A stretch of DNA of 64,000 nt from an uncultured delta proteobacterium (GCA_963847445.1 CAWJZV010000014.1:96001-160000), one strand, 5' to 3'; shown: positions 42,288 through 52,636, numbered from the stretch's first letter. Notes: generated from the sequence alone by a model not told the origin. Made by a program: numbers and translations.

Positions 42288-42810
42288 AGGGCGGGTTTAA
42301 AACCCGCCCGAATCCTATTCTTTTGTGCACTTTGCCGTCTTTGCGGCCAATTTTCCGAAACCGAATTTCTATTTACCATGCGACCTTTGTATTGCAGTAG
42401 CTCACAGTTTGCGAAGCTTGCGCAAATTTTTCGGTCCTGTGTTCGTAAGTAGCCGCGCTCAATGAGAAAAATCCATCTCACCACGAAGGACACGAAGAGC
42501 ACGAAGTTCAGAGAAATAATTCCCCAAACCTTCGTGTCCTTCGCGACCTTCGTGGTAACACTCTTTCCCATTTGGTTGCGGCTGTGCCGCGCTAAGCTCT
42601 TTGTGGTTAAGTTTCTAATCCGAATTTCCGACTTCGTGTCCTTCATGCCTCCTGTGAAAATACCGGGCATGGGTTTGTAGGATGTGGTGACCAAAGCGAA
42701 CCGGATCGTGGTAAGTCGCGCTCGCTCAATGCGGTTCGCGGGCTCACCACATCCTGCGGGTTTCGCGATTTGCCACTTTGGTTGCGGCGTAGCCGCGCTG
42801 TGAACTTGGT
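42288..42810. repeat. mosaic repeat island (GTAG-like REP, CTTTGCG arm, CACGAAG hairpin, GGTTGCGGC..GCCGCGC units)
   Basis: gggcgggtttaaaacccgccc at 42288; CACGAAG hairpin 42478-42556; ggttgcggctgtgccgcgct ~42573 and a similar unit ~42780. Confidence 0.75.
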
Positions 42811-42847
42811 GGTGACTATTCCTCCACAGTAAAACCAGAACCGCCCT

Positions 42848-43816
42848 TTACTTGAGCGCTTGTTGCAGCAGCGTAAAGTCGGTGAGCTGTGACGGAGCAA
42901 CGCCTTTGATGCCAGCTTCCGCCAGCATGGATGTGACCAGCGAATTCAGCATTGAATCCTCGACCATGCCGTTCCTCGTGTAGTTGTTGATCGCCATCTG
43001 ATAGATCTCGGCCGCCATCTCGCGATCGAGCTTCAGCCAGCTGATCATTATCTGTTGCGTGCCTTCAGGGTTTTCCCGCAGGTAGCGCAGCGCCTGGAGC
43101 ATCGCCCGGATCACGCGCCGCACTTGATCGGGTTGATCGCGCAGTTTGCCGGTGTTGACGCCGAGCCCGCCGGCGAGCAGGCCGTGATAATCAGCGGCGT
43201 TGATCAATAGCTTGAGGCCCATCTTCTTGGCCCGAAATGCCTCGCCGTAATCCATCATCGCGCTGTCGATGGAGCCGGAGAGCATGGCGCCGATGCGCGT
43301 GCCGGTGTCGACAACGCGATAAATCACGTCGCGATCCGGATCCAGACCGCTTTGCTTGAGAATAAACTTGGCCGAAATCTGCTGTGAGCCGAGCAGTCCG
43401 GGGACGCCCATCGATTTTCCCTTGAGCTCGCTTACCGACTTGATCTCCGGGCGCACGACCAAACCCCAAAACGGTTTGGTCGTGCCGAGAAACACGATGC
43501 GCACCGGCAATCCTCTGGCCGCGGACACGAAAGTCGAGCCGGCTCTGAGCGTGTAATGAATATTGCCGCTGGCCAGCGCGGCGCGATCGACCTCGGTGCG
43601 GGTGAGCAGCAGCTTGACGTCGAGATTTTGCTCGCGAAAGAAGCCCCGCTGGCGCGCCACCTCGGCGGGCAGAAACGTGATGCTTGGGCCAGCGTAAGAA
43701 ATCAAAATTTCTTCAAGCGCCAACGCCGGCTGCGCCAGCCGTGTGAGCGAAACGATCGCGAACAGAACAAACAAACACCGGCGAATGCGCTTGCCTTTCA
43801 TGAATGTCATACCCAT
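42848..43816 (-). CDS. ABC substrate-binding protein, SsuA/NMT1 type
   Basis: Signal peptide; ARQRGFFREQNLDV, ELKGKSMG, LTDFTLLQQALK. Confidence 0.88.
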   Translation of the reverse strand: MGMTFMKGKRIRRCLFVLFAIVSLTRLAQPALALEEILISYAGPSITFLPAEVARQRGFFREQNLDVKLLLTRTEVDRAALASGNIHYTLRAGSTFVSAARGLPVRIVFLGTTKPFWGLVVRPEIKSVSELKGKSMGVPGLLGSQQISAKFILKQSGLDPDRDVIYRVVDTGTRIGAMLSGSIDSAMMDYGEAFRAKKMGLKLLINAADYHGLLAGGLGVNTGKLRDQPDQVRRVIRAMLQALRYLRENPEGTQQIMISWLKLDREMAAEIYQMAINNYTRNGMVEDSMLNSLVTSMLAEAGIKGVAPSQLTDFTLLQQALK

Positions 43817-43892
43817 TGGTCCTCGATGGAACAGGCGGAATCGGATCCGAGATTTTGAAATCTGAAATTTGCCATTTGAGATGCACGCGGCG

Positions 43893-44927
43893 CTACGCGC
43901 GCCCCTCTTCGCGATAAAGATCGAGCGCCTTGAGCGCCGGCGCATCGCTCATGGAGAAAAGAATCGCTTCTTCGGATGACGCATTCCTATGCAGGTGGGC
44001 GTACCAGAGCGGAACGACAAAAGTGTCGCCTTGCTGCCATTCGAACTGCTGCTCGCCAATCTGCGTTGTCCCTCGGCCGCGAAACACGTGATACATCACC
44101 GTGCTCGTGTGGCGGTGCGATCTTGTCTCTTCTTTCGCTGGCAGCAGTTGCACCGCGCACTGAATTGTCGTCATCGTCGGTCCGCCGGTCACGGGATTCC
44201 GGTAATCGAGCAAGAATCCATCGAAGCTATCTCGTGCCGCCGGAGTTTTCGTCAAGGCGCGCAACGCCGGTTCGGTGTCGCGCCATTTGTAATGAAAATA
44301 ATCCGCCAGCGGCAGGCCGTGGCGAATCGAACTGCCGAGCTTATCCATCAGAGCTTCGCTGCTCTCCTCGATCGGCTGGCGCCGCTCGGGATATCGCTCC
44401 TGCATGACTTGATGCAGCGCCGTGACCAGAGGAAAGTCCAAACCGTCGAGCCACAGCATTGGCTGGTTCGAATCGTTGGAATGGTCGTGCCAGGTAAGCT
44501 TCGGCGTAAGAATCAGATCACCAGGCTCCATGACGCATTGCTGGCCGTTCACCGTCGTGTAGGCCCCGTTGCCCTGGACGACGAAGCGCAACGCCGCCGG
44601 TGTGTGGCGGTGTGCCCGCGCATTTTCGCCGGGTTTCACATATTGGAACGAAACTTGGATCGTGTGCGTCGCAAAGGCATGCGTGCGATCGAGGCCAGGA
44701 TTGACTAACCGAACGACCCGCCGCTCGCTGTTCTCCAGGCTGATCACTTCACCGGCGCGCAACAGACTGTCGTAAACATCCTGCCACTTCCACAGACAAG
44801 GCTGCACCGCGGTCACCGGATGATTCGGCAACCCCTCCATACCGAGTCGCCAATACCCAGAAAGATTCTTACCCGCCATGTCGCGGTCGAGGAGATCGAC
44901 GCTATCTTTGCGCGCTGGTTGGCTCAT
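43893..44927 (-). CDS. gentisate 1,2-dioxygenase-like bicupin
   Basis: ERRVVRLVNPG, AHRHTPAALRF, GDLILTP..WHDH, WLDGLDFP, HRHTS. Confidence 0.9.
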   Translation of the reverse strand: MSQPARKDSVDLLDRDMAGKNLSGYWRLGMEGLPNHPVTAVQPCLWKWQDVYDSLLRAGEVISLENSERRVVRLVNPGLDRTHAFATHTIQVSFQYVKPGENARAHRHTPAALRFVVQGNGAYTTVNGQQCVMEPGDLILTPKLTWHDHSNDSNQPMLWLDGLDFPLVTALHQVMQERYPERRQPIEESSEALMDKLGSSIRHGLPLADYFHYKWRDTEPALRALTKTPAARDSFDGFLLDYRNPVTGGPTMTTIQCAVQLLPAKEETRSHRHTSTVMYHVFRGRGTTQIGEQQFEWQQGDTFVVPLWYAHLHRNASSEEAILFSMSDAPALKALDLYREEGRA

Positions 44928-45048
44928 GGTCTTTCCTCCGTATGCCAAGAGTGCAGGTTAAAAACCCGTCCCTACATTGGACTTCCTCTTGGATCATACT
45001 TTGTCATCTTTGCGTTCTTTGCGGCCAATTATCCGATTGCCTTTGTTT

Positions 45049-45672
45049 CTAAGTTTGCGTCGGCCGCGGCGGTATCGGTTCGTTGTAAATCATATCCACC
45101 CACATGGGCTCGTAAGCGGCGACAAAACCGTTCTTGTATTCATGACCGCAATAATGCGCTGGCTTAAGCTTGTCCCAGAGAATGTAACCCTTGTCGTCGA
45201 CACAACCATCGTCGACAGATGCGGCAACGACTTTCCCCACAACCATTAGCCGGTGCAGCCACTGCTTGGTCCACTCGACTTTGCACTCAAAGTGACTGCG
45301 GCAATCGGCGATGCGCGGCGGCTTGACAACTTTGGCGGGGAGCGCCGTTAGCCCGGCCTTGTCAAGCTCATTGACTCCCGGCGGAAATTCGAGGCCGACA
45401 ACCCGCACCTTTTCGAGAATCTCACGCTCGTAGGATGGCACGTTGACGACAAATTCGCCGTTGGCCAAAATATTGTTGTAGGTATCCTTGGTCGCACCGG
45501 TCGTAAACGCGATGTACACCGGATCGTGGCATACTCTGACGCAGGTGCCATACGATGCGGCGTTGACCCGTCCGGCATCGTCCACCGTTGTGATCATCAC
45601 CAGGCACGCGCTCGGCGCAAACAGCTTGTCCCAATGTTCGCTCGGCACATCGATCTTGTGCACAGCAGTCAT
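45049..45672 (-). CDS. flavin reductase-like (DIM6/NTAB) protein
   Basis: ITTVDDAGRVNAA, KDTYNNI...GEFVVN, VKPPRIADC...FECK. Confidence 0.88.
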   Translation of the reverse strand: MTAVHKIDVPSEHWDKLFAPSACLVMITTVDDAGRVNAASYGTCVRVCHDPVYIAFTTGATKDTYNNILANGEFVVNVPSYEREILEKVRVVGLEFPPGVNELDKAGLTALPAKVVKPPRIADCRSHFECKVEWTKQWLHRLMVVGKVVAASVDDGCVDDKGYILWDKLKPAHYCGHEYKNGFVAAYEPMWVDMIYNEPIPPRPTQT

Positions 45673-45782
45673 AGTTAATTCCTCCAATCATTCAATTGCA
45701 GTCTGAAACCTAGCCGAAACAAAACCGCGCCGTCAAATGGAATTCTTCGCATCGGCAGACAAATGTTGATAATATCGGCGCC

Positions 45783-45939
45783 ATGATTGGACCTGTCGTT
45801 CCGCTCATTCTATCCATAGTCGCGGTCGCACTGCCGAGCAACGCGAGCTGCTCAGCGTGAAGCATGACATCCCCCTCCGCCAAGTCGCCGACTTCGCCCA
45901 CTCAACCGAGTGGTGAAAGAATTGAATCTTAGCCGATGA
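45783..45939 (+). pseudogene. collapsed SBP gene (signal peptide + extreme C-terminus)
   Basis: MIGPVVPLILSIVAVALPSNAS(AQ) joined to VKHDIPLRQVADFA/LNRVVKELNLSR* (two frameshifts needed). Confidence 0.5.
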
Positions 45940-46133
45940 AGAAATTTGGCCGCAAAGCTTGTCCTGAGAAAATGTGAACCAACGGAGTCATGCATCCGAT
46001 CTCTTTGTAGGGGCGTATCGCATACGCCCTGGGGTGGCGACGCGGCGGTCACACACCTATAGCTCCAAATTGACATCGCGCTGACAGATCGGTTAGGTTT
46101 CAGGCTGGAAACGATTTCTAACGAGGCAAACAG

Positions 46134-47177
46134 ATGCGATTTGGCACCTTCAGTTACAATCAGCGGCGACCCTGGGCGTCCGAGAAGCAGGCGTTCGACG
46201 AACTGCTCGAACAGATAGAGCTGACGGAAAAGCTCAACTTCAACGAAGCCTGGTTCGCCGAGCATCATCATTCAGACTACGGCATGCTTGCGTCGCCCAA
46301 TTTGATGATCGCCGCCTTGGCGCGCCGCACCGAGCGGCTGCGCTTCGGCAACCTGGTCAGCGTGTTGCCGCTCTACGATCCCATGCGCCTGGCCGAAGAG
46401 TGCGCCATGTTGGATATCCTCACCGGCGGCCGGCTGAACATCGGCCTCGGCCGCGGCGTGCCCAAGGACGACATGAAACATCGGCTCGACCGCGAAACCG
46501 CACAGGCGCGCTTCGAGGAAGGCATCGAAATCCTCCTGCGCGCCTGGACCGGCGAGACATTCAGCTACACGGGCAAAGCCTGGGGTTACGAAGAGATATC
46601 CTGCCGGCCCCAGCCGCTGCAGAAACCGCACCCGCCGATCTACTATGGCGCGACATCGCCGGATAGCCCGGCGATGGTAGCGCGGCGCGGTTGGAATCTC
46701 GCGCTGTCGCGCCAGCCGCTGGCGAACTGCGCCAAAGCCATCGAGAAATACCGCGCCGAGCTCGCCAACCTTGGCCATGTCAACGGCACAGGCGACGCCA
46801 TCATGGTGCGCGATATTTACGTCGCCGACTCCGACGATCAGGCCTGGCGCGAAGCGGTGCCTGAAATCATGCGCTTCTGGCAACTGGCCACCGATAATTA
46901 CTGGCGCGGCGAGACGGTTTCGGAAGCCGATCTGACGCGCTTCACCGAACGCTACGCCTACTATCCCGGCGGATTGACGATCAAGCGTTTAGACGAATGG
47001 GGCACTTCGCTGATCGGCAGCCCCGAAACTGTCGTGAAAAAGGCCCGCGCCATGATTGCGACCGCCAAGCCTGACAGCCTGGTCGGCATGTTCCAGTTCG
47101 GCGGCTTGAAACATGAACAGGTGATGCATTCCCTTGAACTGTTCGGCACCAAGGTCATGCCGGCGCTGGGAGCTTAG
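46134..47177 (+). CDS. LLM class flavin-dependent oxidoreductase
   Basis: WFAEHH, ASPNL, PMRLAEE, GRLNIGLGRG, PQPLQKPHPPI. Confidence 0.92.
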   Translation: MRFGTFSYNQRRPWASEKQAFDELLEQIELTEKLNFNEAWFAEHHHSDYGMLASPNLMIAALARRTERLRFGNLVSVLPLYDPMRLAEECAMLDILTGGRLNIGLGRGVPKDDMKHRLDRETAQARFEEGIEILLRAWTGETFSYTGKAWGYEEISCRPQPLQKPHPPIYYGATSPDSPAMVARRGWNLALSRQPLANCAKAIEKYRAELANLGHVNGTGDAIMVRDIYVADSDDQAWREAVPEIMRFWQLATDNYWRGETVSEADLTRFTERYAYYPGGLTIKRLDEWGTSLIGSPETVVKKARAMIATAKPDSLVGMFQFGGLKHEQVMHSLELFGTKVMPALGA

Positions 47178-47202
47178 AAGCAAGTAATAGGGAAATTTAG
47201 CG

Positions 47203-48307
47203 ATGAGCGATGCGATGCAATGGATCGAACCGCGCGATCGACGTTTCGATTGGCTCAACGTCGCCGATTGGGAACAACCTCAGGATGACGGCTGTGCAGC
47301 CGGTGCGCGTCACCAAAACTTGGCGCGACCAGTGGCCGAAAAAGACCGCGCGCCGCGCCATGTCGTCAGCGGGCATGGCGGTGCGTTTTCGCACCGACTC
47401 GAAGAAACTGGTTTTTCGCGTCACTTTCGTCGACGCGCCGGACACGCCGCCGGCGACACCGGCTTCGGGCTGGGAGCGCTCGCGGCCGAATTTTTTTTCG
47501 CTCTACCGCGACCGCAAATATGTCGCCAGCATGGCCGGGCTCACTCACTTCGAACTGCAGGAAGTAACCATCTTCAACGATCGAGAACTCGCCGGCGCGG
47601 CGGAGATCCAAGTGCTGCTGCCCTTCTACTATCGCAACTCCGAGGTCATCTTGCACGCCATCGGCATCGATGCCGCCGCGCAATTAGAGCAAGCTGCGCC
47701 GGATAAACGGCCACGGATTTTTTTTCACGGCGACTCGATCACTCAAGGCCATGGCGTTACCAGCCCGCGGGAGACCTATGTCTGGCAAGTCGCCGAGCAG
47801 TTGAACTGCGTCGGCATCAACTTCGGCTTCGGCGGCACCGCCTGGGCCGACAATATCGTCGCCCAGACCATCGCCGGCCGCAACGATTGGGATGTGCTGT
47901 CGATCATGCTCGGGACAAACTCATTTGCCGGAAAGGACGCGACCGGGAAACCGGAAACCGCGGCGCAGTACGCGGCCAAGTATGACGCATTTCTATCGAC
48001 CATCAGAGCCACCGCGCCGACCAAGCCGATTCTCTGCGTGACGCCGATCTTGAACCGGGCGGATCTAGCTCGCGGCGGCAATCTAAACGGCGAGCGCCCC
48101 GAGTTGTACCGTGAAGGCATCACCCGCGTCGTCCGCCAGCGGCAACGCAGCGATAGGCAATTGCACCTAGCCGACGGCTTGGCGATGGTCAACGAACCGC
48201 TATTCCTGCTCGTCACCGATCGCGTCCACCCCAACGACGCAGGCATGCACCGCATCGCAAACGGCGTAGTCGAAGCGCTAAAACCCCTGCTGGCGAATCT
48301 GCGCTAG
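47203..48307 (+). CDS. SGNH/GDSL hydrolase with N-terminal accessory domain (frameshift ~47292)
   Basis: HGDSITQG, NFGFGG, LGTN, DRVHPNDAG. Confidence 0.88.
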
Positions 48308-48317
48308 TTAGATACTG

Positions 48318-48367
48318 AAAAAAATCGGCCCAAGGCGCTACGCGATTGACAGCGTACGCCTTGGGCC
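48318..48367 (-). terminator. Rho-independent terminator-like hairpin
   Basis: ggcccaaggcg...cgccttgggcc with an A7 tract on + (T-tract on -), between convergent genes. Confidence 0.55.
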
Positions 48368-48395
48368 CGTGGTCGACTCAGGATAAAAGTTGCGC

Positions 48396-48731
48396 TTATG
48401 CCGGGGTTGTCTCTATACGCAGGGAGAAGATTCTTTTCGCCGCCTGCGGGATCGCGCCGACGCCGACGCTTTGCCGCGAGATTACCTTGCCGGCCTCGTC
48501 GCGCACTTCCATCAGGAGATAATATTCAAGTGATTCGGTTTCGCTGGCATTTTTCAGAGTCCCTTCGACCCACAGCGGGCAGCTGGTTTGCTTGGTCCGT
48601 GGCTCGGCGCCGATTGAGACGAAGCGCAAGTTATGGCGACACATCGGACAGGTCGCCGCGCTTTTAAGGATCGTCGCTCTGCAGTGGGGACAGCTGCGCG
48701 ATTCGCCGGCCGTCGGCTGCCCGACTTTCAT
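48396..48731 (-). CDS. zinc-ribbon + beta-sandwich hypothetical protein
   Basis: CPHC...CPMC; start overlaps the bactofilin stop (ATGA). Confidence 0.75.
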   Translation of the reverse strand: MKVGQPTAGESRSCPHCRATILKSAATCPMCRHNLRFVSIGAEPRTKQTSCPLWVEGTLKNASETESLEYYLLMEVRDEAGKVISRQSVGVGAIPQAAKRIFSLRIETTPA

Positions 48732-49267
48732 CCGGCGGCTCCGACTTTTTCTTTCTCTTGGGCGTGGCCGTTGGAAAACTTGGCGACTTCGCTGGCGCTC
48801 CAGCCAAACTCGACATGACCGCGCATGCGCGAGCCCGCCACCACCGTCAGCGTCGCAGCTTTGAGATCGCCCACCAGTTGGCCGGACTCCAGTAATTTCA
48901 CTTGGGCGCCGGCGATCACGTTACCTTCCAGTTCGCCGCCGATGGTGACATTGGCGGCCTGCACTTTGGCTGAAACCTTGGCGCCCTTGTCGAGATTCAG
49001 ATCGCCTTTGATTTGGATATCGCCCTTAAATTTACCGCCGATGCGAATGTCGGCGTCGCCTTCAATTTTGCCTTCAATGGTAACACCCGGTCCGAATATC
49101 GACTCGCGGCGACCCGATGGTGCGCTTTCCTTAGGCGTCGGCACCACCGGTGTCGGCGCAGGTGTCGGTGCGGCAGTGGTCGCGGTCGGAGTGGGTGTCG
49201 GAACCGGCGGTACCGGCTGCGGTTTTTCTGGACTCGCCTCGGGGGTAGCTTGATTCCACAATGCCAT
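48728..49267 (-). CDS. bactofilin (polymer-forming cytoskeletal protein)
   Basis: Pro/Thr-rich N-terminus, then SIFGPGVTIEGKIEG...IGGKFKGDI...VTIGGELEGNV...LVGDL; GGAGG RBS. Confidence 0.92.
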   Translation of the reverse strand: MALWNQATPEASPEKPQPVPPVPTPTPTATTAAPTPAPTPVVPTPKESAPSGRRESIFGPGVTIEGKIEGDADIRIGGKFKGDIQIKGDLNLDKGAKVSAKVQAANVTIGGELEGNVIAGAQVKLLESGQLVGDLKAATLTVVAGSRMRGHVEFGWSASEVAKFSNGHAQEKEKVGAAG

Positions 49268-49339
49268 GGAAACCTCCTTGATCACGGAAACGATTTTCGG
49301 ATGGAAACGGAAGCATTCTCGACAAACGGATAATTTTGG

Positions 49340-49355
49340 AGCAAGCGAAGTGCCA
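49340..49355 (-). promoter_or_regulatory. sigma54 (-24/-12) promoter
   Basis: TGGCACTTCGCTTGCT matches TGGCAC-N5-TTGC; ~70 bp upstream of the bactofilin ATG; AT-rich upstream tract. Confidence 0.75.
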
Positions 49356-49708
49356 AAAATCCAAAAAGCAGCAAGAATCTCTAGTCGAATTGCCACGCGC
49401 ACCCTTTGACATAGACCTGCGTCAAAAACTTCCATAAAACGCCAGAAGTGGCAACAAATGACAGCAAAAGGCACTACCCGCCAAAAGAAATAGACAATTA
49501 AAATTACGATTAAAACAACAACTGTCTGCGAATAGCTTCACAAAAAGCGCAGGGAATAGCAGTCGGTGAACAAAATTGAACTGCCGGTTCGAAAGACCGG
49601 AAACTGCCGTGATCGGAACGCCCAAGCTCAATGCCCGTCATCAATAAAACCGTAGCGGCGAGTACAATTTCGACAAATCCCAACAACCGTACCAACCGCA
49701 AAAACTTT

Positions 49709-50061
49709 TTAGCGCAGCGCTCTTTCGGCGAAACTCCAATCCCTCACGGTTGGTGGATTGACCGCCGCCTTCTCCTCTTCCTTCGAGCGAAAAGTCCCCA
49801 CCGCAAGCAAATCTTCGATGGCGCCATTGGGCAAGATCAGGTCGAGGTTATATTGCTCGCGCAACAAGTTGTAAAACTTTTCGATGAAAATCGTTCGGTT
49901 GTTACGCGCGCTGCGCTCGGCGTGCCTGTTTCTTCACGAACAGCGTGGCCGGCGCAGTCGGCCTGTTCGAAAAAAACTTGCGCTTCGATCGATACTAAAG
50001 ACGTGAACGTCGACGCCAGTAACAACGGCAGCATTTGTTTAATGACCAGGGTTCGACTCAT
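49709..50061 (-). pseudogene. collapsed SBP gene (signal peptide + C-terminal ~60-80 aa)
   Basis: MSRTLVIKQMLPLLLASTFTSLVSIEAQ... then, in another frame, FIEKFYNLLREQYNLDLILPNGAIEDLLAVGTFRSKEEEKAAVNPPTVRDWSFAERALR*. Confidence 0.6.
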
Positions 50062-50247
50062 GTTGCAGGTCTCCGCTTACCGCCTAGACTGGCGCTGAAC
50101 GTGGCCTTCGCCCTGGTAAGGGTCAAGCTCCATCGCTTGACCGACATCGGTAACCGTACTAGCCTTTTCTTCAAGCTCGACAATGATGCTTCGCGCGCGA
50201 AAGTAGAGTCGGTTCCGAGCCGGAACATATCACCGAGAGGGAAGATC

Positions 50248-51333
50248 ATGAAAGCCGAAAAGCCATCCGATGCCGCCCGCGAAGCCTTTCACCAGCGCAT
50301 GCACGCCAACAACATGTACGGTCTGTGGGAGCTCGCCAGTCAGATGACGCCCCAGCCGCAGCCTAAAATGGTCGCCCATATGTGGCCTTGGTCGACCTTG
50401 GAGTCGCTCGTCAGCGAATCGACTCGAGCGGTGCCGGTGGGCGACGAGCGGCGCGCCTTGCAGCTATTTAATCCTGGACTCAACGGCCGGTGGGCGACGA
50501 CGAATAATTTAATCGCCGCGGTGCAAGTGCTGCTCCCCGGCGAAGTGGCGCGCGCGCACCGCCACACACCGACGGCGATTCGCTTCATTATTGAAGGTAG
50601 TGGGGCGTACACCGCCGTCGACGGCGAGCGCGTCTACATGGAGCCGGGCGATTTGATTCTGACGCCAAGCTGGTCCTGGCACGACCATGGCAACGAAACC
50701 AAAGACCGCATCGTCTGGATGGACGGCCTCGACATCCCGTTGATCGCCTCGCTGGAAGCGATGTTTTTTCAGTTTTACAGCCAGACTCAAGTGCCGGCAT
50801 CGCGCCCGGCGTATACTTCCCAAGCCATGTACGGCACCGGCCAACTCAATCCGACCTGGATTAAAGAGAAGACCAGCGCCTCGCCGCTGCTGCTCTACTC
50901 TTGGGAACAAACCTGGAAAGCGCTGGACGCCCTACGCGGTCAGACCGGCAGCCCATTCGACGGCATCTCGCTGGATTATCGCCACCCGCAGACCGGCGGC
51001 CCGGTGCTGCCGACCATGGCTTGCCGCATCCAGCTGCTGCGCCCCAATGAACATACCCAAGCGCACCGCCACACCGGCAGCGCGGTCTACCATGTCGTCC
51101 AAGGCCAAGGCCAGACGATCATCGACGGCAAAAGCTTCGCTTGGCGCAAAGGCGACATCATCGCCCTGCCACCCTGGTCGATGCATGAACATGTCAATAG
51201 CTCGGCCAAAGCCGACGCCGTCCTGTTCTCGATCCAAGACGCCCCCGTGCTCAACGCCCTCGGGCTCTACTACGAAGAAGAGTTCAGCGACAACGGCGGC
51301 CATCAAACGGTCACATCTGCATTCACGGCGTGA
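50248..51333 (+). CDS. gentisate 1,2-dioxygenase-like bicupin (second copy)
   Basis: ERRALQLFNPG, AHRHTPTAIRF, WSWHDH, WMDGLDIP, HRHTGS. Confidence 0.9.
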   Translation: MKAEKPSDAAREAFHQRMHANNMYGLWELASQMTPQPQPKMVAHMWPWSTLESLVSESTRAVPVGDERRALQLFNPGLNGRWATTNNLIAAVQVLLPGEVARAHRHTPTAIRFIIEGSGAYTAVDGERVYMEPGDLILTPSWSWHDHGNETKDRIVWMDGLDIPLIASLEAMFFQFYSQTQVPASRPAYTSQAMYGTGQLNPTWIKEKTSASPLLLYSWEQTWKALDALRGQTGSPFDGISLDYRHPQTGGPVLPTMACRIQLLRPNEHTQAHRHTGSAVYHVVQGQGQTIIDGKSFAWRKGDIIALPPWSMHEHVNSSAKADAVLFSIQDAPVLNALGLYYEEEFSDNGGHQTVTSAFTA

Positions 51334-51556
51334 GACAATGGACCTTCTCGGCCATGATGCGCCCTGAATCGAAGCAATGAGAAGCCGAAAACGTTACCTT
51401 CGGCGCTTTGTGCCTCCACCCACCCGACAATTTCGCTCAAATTCTATTTGTTCCGGTCCGATACTCGCAGTAATCCGGGAATCCCTTTATTCCGTTGAGC
51501 GCCATCCAGGCTACAACGTCTGCTCATGTATCGCGCGGCAACGGTTCTTCAACAAA

Positions 51557-51608
51557 GCGCGGGTTTTCTCACCCGCACGATATGCGGACAAGAATGTCCG
51601 CGCTCCCT
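51557..51608. repeat. REP-like pair (GCGGACAAGAATGTCCGCGCTCCC type)
   Basis: agcgcgggttttctcacccgc ... gcggacaagaatgtccgcgctccc. Confidence 0.55.
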
Positions 51609-51703
51609 TAGACTCAGAACTTCGTGCTCGTAGCCCGTGGCGCAGTCGAACCATGTCCTCCTTAGAAAATAGATGTAAGGGGAGAGTATCCACCACCGGG
51701 GTT

Positions 51704-51783
51704 CCGTCATACCCGCGAAAGCGGGTATCCAGGTCTAATTGCGGCTCAGACGCAACCGGATTCCCGCGTGCGCGGGAATGACG
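51704..51783. repeat. CGTCAT-type REP pair
   Basis: ccgtcatacccgcgaaagcgggtatccagg ... ggattcccgcgtgcgcgggaatgacg. Confidence 0.8.
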
Positions 51784-51878
51784 CGTCAAGCAGGACCGCC
51801 TATGGAGGGAATCCCATCCATTTTCATATTCTGTAGACGAGCGTAAGATCATGATACCACTTCGTGGTGAATAATTTT

Positions 51879-52307
51879 TTACTTTCCCTTAGCAGCCAGC
51901 GGACTCACCAGATCACGCTCGGATAGGTGCGCCACCGTTTCACCGGTTTCGGCGAAGGTGCGGGTCACCTCGGTGGAAGTATAGATCCAAAGGATCGCCA
52001 GCGGCGTCGTGCCGACGTTGACGAAACGGTGCGGCTGATTGGCTGGAACCAGCGTAGTGTCGTAAGCGTGCAGCCGCCGATGGCTCTGGCCATCGATTTC
52101 CGCGTCGGCCTCGCCTTCGAGGATGGTCACCTGCTCATCGCAGTTATGCGAATGCATGGGAACCTTCGCGCCCACCGGAAATCGAGTAATTCCCGTCGTG
52201 ATATGCTTCGAGCCGAGCTCTTTCGTGATCAAAGGCGTCGTTTGGATGCCGTTACCGCGGTCGACCACCGGCAATGAATCGATTCTCAGAATATGCGCGT
52301 CTGCCAT
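51879..52307 (-). CDS. cupin domain protein
   Basis: PMHSHNCDEQVTILEG, PANQPHRFVN. Confidence 0.9.
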   Translation of the reverse strand: MADAHILRIDSLPVVDRGNGIQTTPLITKELGSKHITTGITRFPVGAKVPMHSHNCDEQVTILEGEADAEIDGQSHRRLHAYDTTLVPANQPHRFVNVGTTPLAILWIYTSTEVTRTFAETGETVAHLSERDLVSPLAAKGK

Positions 52308-52467
52308 GGCAATTTCTCCGATCGAAATTGAGCTGTGTGGCGAACACTAACAGCGCCGTTAACGAGCCGGTCAAGCAAAAGGGCGGGTTTCAAACCCGCC
52401 CTTTCGAATCCTATTTCCTTTTTGCATTCTTTGCGCATTTCGTCCGGGAGCCGAACCCCGTCGGATT

Positions 52468-52636
52468 GAGATATTCCTCTCGCAAAGACGCGCCAAGGTA
52501 GGGGCGATTCATGAATCGCCCTTACTGTCATTTCGACGCTTCGGAGAAATCTTTCTTAGATCCCTCGACTCCCCTCGAGGTGACGGGCATTGCACGTCAC
52601 CTTTGCGCCTTGGCGCCTTGGCGAGAGATATTCCGG
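52468..52636. mobile_element. composite MITE/REP element (copy 2) with an extra GTAG REP inserted
   Basis: gagatattcctctcgcaaag ... gtaggggcgattcatgaatcgccc ... tgtcatttcgac...agaaatctttcttagatccctcg ... ttggcgagagatattccgg. Confidence 0.75.
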
